Position numbers and translations under genes: made by a program. This document shows positions 42,110 through 47,882 of a stretch of 64,000 nt of DNA, in pieces. The notes beneath the pieces were generated by a model. The model was not told the origin of the DNA. It did no database searches and saw nothing but the letters and a program-made list of their open reading frames with translations. Location: the IMG/VR virus record IMGVR_UViG_3300033149_003138; one strand, given 5' to 3'. Each line of letters begins with the position of its first letter. Position 1 is the stretch's first letter. The stretch comes from an uncultured virus (IMG/VR IMGVR_UViG_3300033149_003138). Lineage: Duplodnaviria > Heunggongvirae > Uroviricota > Caudoviricetes.

Positions 42110-42579
42110 AACATCCACGTTACAACGTCAAGAAGTACGAGAGAGGTCAAAGATGTGAATACCCTTCTGGTTCTCTGAGAAACAGTCAATCACCAAAAAT
42201 CTACTTCCCCAATCAAACTCTATCCGACTTTAAGGAAGGAGACCTTGTTGGGGTCTGGGAGATAAACAAGTCAGGAACATGGTATCTCTGGAGAGGCTGG
42301 AAGATCGATAAGATACTCCCCAGTGGCACAATCATCATGACCAACTCAGCACAGAGGCTAGGGCAGGTAAGATGGTATGGTGGGGAGAACTTAGCCAAAC
42401 GAATGGTTAAGATGTCACGAAAAGATCATCTCTACGACTATTTCAAATATTGGATATACATATACCATGACCCCAAAAAGTTAGATAAACTTTCTAAACA
42501 AATCTCCTACTCAGACCTGCCTGAAGAAGACAAGAAGACCCTGTATGAACACATCAGGGTAAAGACAGGTGTAATGTAA
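42064..42579 (+). CDS. HPRY-leader protein 11
   Basis: MGRKRKSPRKHSVHTKHPRYNVKKYERG. Confidence 0.8.
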   Translation: MGRKRKSPRKHSVHTKHPRYNVKKYERGQRCEYPSGSLRNSQSPKIYFPNQTLSDFKEGDLVGVWEINKSGTWYLWRGWKIDKILPSGTIIMTNSAQRLGQVRWYGGENLAKRMVKMSRKDHLYDYFKYWIYIYHDPKKLDKLSKQISYSDLPEEDKKTLYEHIRVKTGVM

Positions 42580-43259
42580 TGACAAAGAAGCGCAAACCTC
42601 CAAAACGCCACACGGTTCAGACAAAGCACCCTCGATATAATTTACCTGAATACCTGAGAGGTAGGGGTGGACAAGGATCGTGTGGCGGTACACCTTTGAG
42701 GGATGGATCAGGTGGGGGGGTGGGAAACATTGTAAACCCCAAAAAAACATCTGAATCAAGAAGCCCCAACTATGATGTAATCAGGGACATATATGCGTTA
42801 AGTTCTGGTACTATGGCTACTATTACAGGTAAAAGAAAATACACTGAAATTAATGAGGAGATAAATAAGTTTGCCAAATTTGTTGAAAAATCTTTCATCA
42901 AGTTCGATTCTTGGCAAGATGCTTGGGACTGGTATAGTAGACCACGTTCAAACAAGCGTCTACAGAAGTCAATCCAGACCCCCGATAAGATAATCTTCAG
43001 AGGAAAAATCTACACTTGGGCTGGTTCAAACTATGGTTATGATAACAAAGAAGTCGCAAAAAAAATGGCTAAAAGCGATAGACGGGTTGGCAAGAAGTCT
43101 ATCATTAGAACCATTACAGGCACAAACCCGCCCTATAAGGGAAAGAAATGGTACGTGGTCTACTCAAGACACACACCCAAATCCATCAAAAGACTCTACT
43201 CTGATGAGAGAGTACAACGTGAACGGATAGCTTGGATGAAGAAAGAGGGGCTTGTCTAA
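42579..43259 (+). CDS. HPRY-leader protein 12
   Basis: MTKKRKPPKRHTVQTKHPRYNLPEYLRG; cargo paralogous to 43904. Confidence 0.8.
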   Translation: MTKKRKPPKRHTVQTKHPRYNLPEYLRGRGGQGSCGGTPLRDGSGGGVGNIVNPKKTSESRSPNYDVIRDIYALSSGTMATITGKRKYTEINEEINKFAKFVEKSFIKFDSWQDAWDWYSRPRSNKRLQKSIQTPDKIIFRGKIYTWAGSNYGYDNKEVAKKMAKSDRRVGKKSIIRTITGTNPPYKGKKWYVVYSRHTPKSIKRLYSDERVQRERIAWMKKEGLV

Positions 43260-43837
43260 TGGGCAGGAAGAAACCAGTCAAACACACGGTTCACACGAGG
43301 CACCCCCGATACAACGTCCCTCAATATCCTAGAGGATCAGATAAAGGAAAAACTAGAAAAACAGCGTCTTTACACCCGTTATCAAATAATAAAATAAAAC
43401 ACTTTTCTGAATGGGATGGTACAAGAAGAACCTATAGAGCCGAATACATACTTAAAAGATATAACCCTAAAACAGCGAAAGAGATCGCTAAAATATTATA
43501 TGAAGGGATGAACCAAGAATGTAAAACGATTTATGATGTTCAATATCCAATGTTTCTTAAAGATAAAAATTTAGTCAAGTATGTCACGGAATCAAGACCA
43601 GAATCCCCAGATTGGCACAACTACTACATAACACATGTTGATATGGTAGATATTAACGCAGACTTATGGAAACTGTCACCTACGTTACGAAAGAGATACC
43701 CATCTAAAAAGAAAATGTTCATGGGCACTGATATAGGGGCAGGATGGCATAACCAAATGAAGGACGTAAGCAAAGAAATATCTCGATTAAGGAAGAAAGA
43801 TGAACGAAAAGGAATAAAAAAGAAGATATTAATTTAA
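43259..43837 (+). CDS. HPRY-leader protein 13
   Basis: MGRKKPVKHTVHTRHPRYNVPQYPRG; TAATG coupling to the upstream gene. Confidence 0.8.
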   Translation: MGRKKPVKHTVHTRHPRYNVPQYPRGSDKGKTRKTASLHPLSNNKIKHFSEWDGTRRTYRAEYILKRYNPKTAKEIAKILYEGMNQECKTIYDVQYPMFLKDKNLVKYVTESRPESPDWHNYYITHVDMVDINADLWKLSPTLRKRYPSKKKMFMGTDIGAGWHNQMKDVSKEISRLRKKDERKGIKKKILI

Positions 43838-43854
43838 TTAAATTTTTTTAGTTA

Positions 43855-43949
43855 ACCGATAATCTCATATAGTTTTGGTGCCTTCATCTCCTTGTAGATA
43901 GCTATGGGCAGGAAAAGAAAAAGCCCAAGAAAACACAGCGTTCATACAA
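43855..43949 (+). repeat. Class A promoter + leader cassette, copy 2
   Basis: 93/95 identical to 42015-42109. Confidence 0.85.
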
Positions 43950-44254
43950 GGCACCCTAGATACAACGTCCTTGAATACTTAAGGGGTAAGAGAGGCAGAG
44001 GATCGTGTGGAGGGACACCACGGTTTGATGGCTCTGGTGGTGGAATAGGTAACAGACAAAACGCCAAGGTCATCCACGACGCATACAACCTCAGCAGTGG
44101 AACGATGGCTACTCTAACGGGTAAAAAGAAGTATAGTGAACTAGACAAAATTCAAAACGACTTTGCCCAGTGGGTCGAAGGCTCTCCCAGAGACTTCAAC
44201 ACATGGCAAGAGGCATGGAGAGCCTATGAAAAGGAAACTGGGGGTAACTACTAA
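43904..44254 (+). CDS. HPRY-leader protein 14
   Basis: MGRKRKSPRKHSVHTRHPRYNVLEYLRG. Confidence 0.8.
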   Translation: MGRKRKSPRKHSVHTRHPRYNVLEYLRGKRGRGSCGGTPRFDGSGGGIGNRQNAKVIHDAYNLSSGTMATLTGKKKYSELDKIQNDFAQWVEGSPRDFNTWQEAWRAYEKETGGNY

Positions 44255-45015
44255 TGGGGAGAAAGCGCAGAAGTCCACGTCGGCACACCGTCCACACGAA
44301 GCACCCCCGATACAATGTGAATCGGTACGGTAGGGGTGTTGAGGGTCATAGCGGTGAGAAGCTGAGAAAACGCATCCAAAAGTCTGCTCTATCTGGATAT
44401 GATTCTAAATACTATGAAAAAGTTCAAAACCCGTTATTCCCTGACAGAAGTTTCATTCATGTGAAACCGTATCTCAGTGGGAGAAGAACTATCTCCTACC
44501 AGTGGGAGAAGATAATTGCAGACAAAACCTTGTGGAAGGACTTGCTGAGGAGCAAGGGATTCAAAAAGGTAGCATCGTCACCTGATGGGAAATCGGATAT
44601 AATCTACCGTAACCCACAGGATATGTACATCATCGTTCAGAGAGAACACGATGTTGACTTCCCAGAAAAAGGTGGGGTTGATCTTGGGTACGTGAGATTC
44701 GATGCACACCCTGATCTACACGAAAGGCTATGCACCCTTGTTAATGACTTCAGAGGAATGGGAAAAGTACCAGAGTTTGACATCGATTACATTGCACAGA
44801 GAGAGCCGAGAGTGAGAAGAGGCATTTTATTCTGGTCTAAAGACGGGGAAACCCAGCCTTCCGCTACTGATTTCAAGCCTGTCAGTTTACAGATGGAGGA
44901 CTTGCAGAAACAGAAGAACCGTATAAAAAGTTCCTCTAAAAACGATGCTGAAAAGAGATTCTATACTAACATGATTAACGCAAAGATAAAAGCACTCAAA
45001 GACGTAAGGAATTGA
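44254..45015 (+). CDS. HPRY-leader protein 15
   Basis: MGRKRRSPRRHTVHTKHPRYNVNRYGRG. Confidence 0.8.
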   Translation: MGRKRRSPRRHTVHTKHPRYNVNRYGRGVEGHSGEKLRKRIQKSALSGYDSKYYEKVQNPLFPDRSFIHVKPYLSGRRTISYQWEKIIADKTLWKDLLRSKGFKKVASSPDGKSDIIYRNPQDMYIIVQREHDVDFPEKGGVDLGYVRFDAHPDLHERLCTLVNDFRGMGKVPEFDIDYIAQREPRVRRGILFWSKDGETQPSATDFKPVSLQMEDLQKQKNRIKSSSKNDAEKRFYTNMINAKIKALKDVRN

Positions 45016-45338
45016 TGACAATGGGTAAGAAACGTAAAAACCCCAAACCCCACACTGTTCACACGAAGCACCCACGTTATAATGTGCCTAAGTATTCAAG
45101 AGGTAGTGGTACTGTACTGAATAAAGACTCCATCAGTCAAGAAGTTTCCGACTCATCCTCTGAGGTGGGTGTCAGATATTTGAAGCCCCCTGAAGAGAGA
45201 AACCCCTATTCCCCTTTCTATACTATGCAAAAATGTAGAAAATGTGGCTACAGGGGATATGCTGAGGAATTTAAAGGTACCATGCGATTGACATGCCCTA
45301 AATGTGGTGCAAGAGGGTATATCGACATTCTCAATTAA
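45015..45338 (+). CDS. HPRY-leader protein 16 with Zn ribbon
   Basis: MGKKRKNPKPHTVHTKHPRYNVPKYSRG; CRKCG...CPKCG. Confidence 0.8.
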   Translation: MTMGKKRKNPKPHTVHTKHPRYNVPKYSRGSGTVLNKDSISQEVSDSSSEVGVRYLKPPEERNPYSPFYTMQKCRKCGYRGYAEEFKGTMRLTCPKCGARGYIDILN

Positions 45339-45456
45339 TTTCATCCTATAGTTATTCTCATTTTTTGACAGGCAAATATTATACATATGTCACCCCCTGT
45401 AATGTCCTATGGGAATCGGACAAAATCGGAGTCCGTTTTACTAGGGGTTTTTCTGG

Positions 45457-46380
45457 ATGAATCCGACGAATGAAGCAAAGATAATGCGCCTCTTCGAGAG
45501 GGACAACAGAGACTATACAGCCTATGAAATAGCTTATTCAGCCAAAATAAGCAAAAATAGCGTTTATTCCACACTCACTAGAATGATAAGAAAAGGGCTG
45601 GTAAGACGCGTAGAACGTGGAATATATCGTGCAAATCCCACCATAGGGGTGGGTGATATTTCTGAGCCTATGAGGATTCAGAACATCAGACTTGTCAGCC
45701 GAAAAATGGATGGGAAGTCGATTGAGCCTCCTTCTTGGCTGGATTATAAGCCTTTTGTGGGTTATGTTCATGAGTTGGAGTTGTTGGGGCTGGGGAGGAC
45801 TGAGGAGGATAAGGTTCGGCTGAGGTTTCAGATTGGTAGTAAACGAGCCAAGTTGACTTTCACGGTGAAGGCACCTCTGGGGCTGGATTTATATGGGTTT
45901 CAGTTTGCTTTGCAGTGGCTCTATGATCGTCTTGATCAGTATGGTTTCTCGGGGGATGTTCACTGGATTGTGGATCGTGGGACTGAGATGTTCAAGGATT
46001 ATCCTAATGTGGATTTGGATGCTCTGGGGTCTAAGGCGATTACTCTTGGTGAGTTTAATGGTTGGGTTGAGAAAATTTATCAGAAGGCTTACGGGATGAG
46101 GCGTGAGTTGAAGCTGGATCATCAGACTAGCCTTGACGCTATTATGGCTGTCACTATGGGTGGTTTCAGTGCTGGGCAGGTGTTGAACATGAATGCTTTG
46201 GCTATCAGGGAGATGGAGAAAAGCAACAGGGCTTTGAAGTCTTGGAGTGTTGGTGCTTCTGAGACTCAGAGGGCACTTCAGGATATGATGCCCCCTTTCA
46301 TGAATGCGATCTATAAGATTATAGATAAAATTGATGATATTTCACGTAGGATGACGCGTCTGGAGGATAAGCTGGATTGA
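45457..46380 (+). CDS. Winged-helix (TrmB-like HTH) protein with unknown C-terminal domain
   Basis: TAYEIAYSAKISKNSVYSTLTRMIRKGLVRRVERGIY; C-terminal coiled coil. Confidence 0.7.
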   Translation: MNPTNEAKIMRLFERDNRDYTAYEIAYSAKISKNSVYSTLTRMIRKGLVRRVERGIYRANPTIGVGDISEPMRIQNIRLVSRKMDGKSIEPPSWLDYKPFVGYVHELELLGLGRTEEDKVRLRFQIGSKRAKLTFTVKAPLGLDLYGFQFALQWLYDRLDQYGFSGDVHWIVDRGTEMFKDYPNVDLDALGSKAITLGEFNGWVEKIYQKAYGMRRELKLDHQTSLDAIMAVTMGGFSAGQVLNMNALAIREMEKSNRALKSWSVGASETQRALQDMMPPFMNAIYKIIDKIDDISRRMTRLEDKLD

Positions 46381-46637
46381 GTCTGGGTGACTTCACTGGT
46401 GCTGAGGATAACTCTGATAGGGAGCAACTTGATGTGACTTTTATCGGAAAGTATAAGGGCTACGGTATCTTTCTTCACCCGCTATATGGATACCAGATTA
46501 CTAGGATGGATGAGCCGAACCTGATCAACGTGGGCATACACATCCATGATATTGAAGTAGCACATATATTCATTGACGAACTGCCTGAGCCACCCAGCTT
46601 CTATGATAAACTTCTAAGCAAACCCAATAGAGACTGA
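46377..46637 (+). CDS. Hypothetical protein
   Basis: 86 aa; its 3' end is duplicated at ~47084-47148. Confidence 0.55.
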   Translation: MSLGDFTGAEDNSDREQLDVTFIGKYKGYGIFLHPLYGYQITRMDEPNLINVGIHIHDIEVAHIFIDELPEPPSFYDKLLSKPNRD

Positions 46638-46690
46638 TTCAACTTGTATCAGCTTACCAATAATTTTTTATAGTTTTGGTGCCTTCATCT
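46570..46690 (+). repeat. Imperfect ~120-bp direct repeat, left copy (gene 3' end + 17-bp palindrome + class A promoter)
   Basis: TCATTGACGAACT...TGATTCAACTTGTATCAGCTTACC...TTATAGTTTTGGTGCCTTCATCT; recurs at 47084-47200. Confidence 0.8.
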
Positions 46691-46695
46691 CTATT

Positions 46696-47079
46696 ATGGG
46701 TAGGAAGCGTAAGTCCCCAGTCAAACATACGGTTCATACGAAGCATCCTCGATATAACGTGCCTCAGTATCCTAGAGGCTCTGGATTTCCCCCTGTTTCT
46801 CAAGTTAAGCGTCGCGACACGGACTCCTTTATTCGTTATGTTAAAACACAGGTTATAGACGTATTACAGCCTTTTTACGTTGTTTTCAATAACCCGAAAG
46901 TGGGGGACATACCTGTAAACGCTGACGATTATAGTGGGGCACGCTATCTTCTAAGCTATTATGAACCTGATCAGCCTAATGCTATAAATAATGTATTTTA
47001 TGACCCATATCATAACGTGGTTGTAGAGTATAGTGATGATTGGTCTCATTCTACTGAATGGAAAGACCTCAATCTCTAA
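46696..47079 (+). CDS. HPRY-leader protein 17
   Basis: MGRKRKSPVKHTVHTKHPRYNVPQYPRG. Confidence 0.8.
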   Translation: MGRKRKSPVKHTVHTKHPRYNVPQYPRGSGFPPVSQVKRRDTDSFIRYVKTQVIDVLQPFYVVFNNPKVGDIPVNADDYSGARYLLSYYEPDQPNAINNVFYDPYHNVVVEYSDDWSHSTEWKDLNL

Positions 47080-47083
47080 ATTA

Positions 47084-47200
47084 TCATTGATGAACTTCCT
47101 GAATCTCCCAGCTTCTACGATAAGCTGTTAAATAAAAGAAGAATTTGATTCAACTTGTATCAGCTTACCGATAATCTCTTATAGTTTCGATGCCTCCACT
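47084..47200 (+). repeat. Imperfect direct repeat, right copy
   Basis: TCATTGATGAACTT...TGATTCAACTTGTATCAGCTTACCGATAATCTCTTATAGTTTCGATGCCTCCACT. Confidence 0.8.
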
Positions 47201-47287
47201 TGTTAATTCACATCGGGTTGAACTATGTTCATATTGAGTTGAACTGGGGTCGATAAAATTTTTTATATTATTAAGGAGTTATAAACT

Positions 47288-47560
47288 CTAGCCCCGTACC
47301 AAGGAGTGCTTGGGGCAGAACTCGGTTGCACTCTTCGGGTTCTAGCCACGCGGGGAAGCCGTTGACTCGGGGAGAGCAACGTTCAGGGCAGGGCGTATCG
47401 TGAGCCTCGAAAATGAGGTAATATGCGTATCCCAGCAAGCCCATCCGTAAAGAGCCCCGATGAGGCATTTTTCCTCTTGTGCGGATATGTTATTCTCTGG
47501 GGAAGCAGGTTTACCAAAACACCATATACTGTTGAGGTAGACCGACAGATACACGCCTCT
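47288..47560 (+). ncRNA. Candidate structured non-coding RNA, family unknown
   Basis: GC-rich and lacking a long + strand ORF. Six hand-found helices with G-U pairs on the + strand. TATA-like box at ~47259-47268. Confidence 0.55.
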
Positions 47561-47612
47561 TAATGATATTTTACGGCAACTGCTATAAGCGTTATAATAT
47601 AACCTACCTCTA

Positions 47613-47882
47613 ATGAGGCGTGGTGAGAGGGTTCAATGTTTTCACTGTGGCTGGATAAGGTATTTAGATCAACCTGAACCCGCAAACCCGAATACATGGG
47701 ATCATGACAAGTATTTCTTCTGTTCTAACTCACGCCATAACGAGATAAGAAGAGACATGTTCAGCGTATATTGTAAGAGACACTGTAATGACTTCAGGGA
47801 CAGAAAGAGTGAAATTCCTGTACAGGCACCCTCTGAAAGATACCCTAAAGGAACCATAATGGAAATGACTGATACGATGTGA
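47613..47882 (+). CDS. Cys-rich Zn-binding protein
   Basis: CFHC...C...C..HC; preceded by GCTATAA promoter. Confidence 0.5.
   Translation: MRRGERVQCFHCGWIRYLDQPEPANPNTWDHDKYFFCSNSRHNEIRRDMFSVYCKRHCNDFRDRKSEIPVQAPSERYPKGTIMEMTDTM

Noticed and set aside
40178..44324. 17-bp palindrome-like matches inside two leader coding sequences (40178, 44308)
   Set aside because: Explained by the codons for RYNVN; absent from the other 15 leaders.
11272..47079. HPRY leader as a Tat or Sec signal peptide
   Set aside because: It has basic RR/KR residues but no hydrophobic h-region and no SRRxFLK consensus.
28621..47079. Diversity-generating retroelement or integron behind the cargo variety
   Set aside because: No reverse transcriptase, adenine-specific TR/VR pair, tyrosine integrase or attC-like structure was seen in the window.
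40081..47200. Recurring ~34-bp repeat as a CRISPR array
   Set aside because: Copies are 0.5-3 kb apart and separated by whole genes, nearly all precede a start codon, and no cas genes are present. It behaves as a promoter.
47288..47560. Structured RNA as SRP RNA, RNase P, tRNA or hammerhead ribozyme
   Set aside because: There are only partial echoes (CAGG...AGCA, CCGATGAG). The SRP helix-8 tetraloop geometry, GAGGAAAGUCC, a T-loop cloverleaf and a correctly placed GAAA are all missing.
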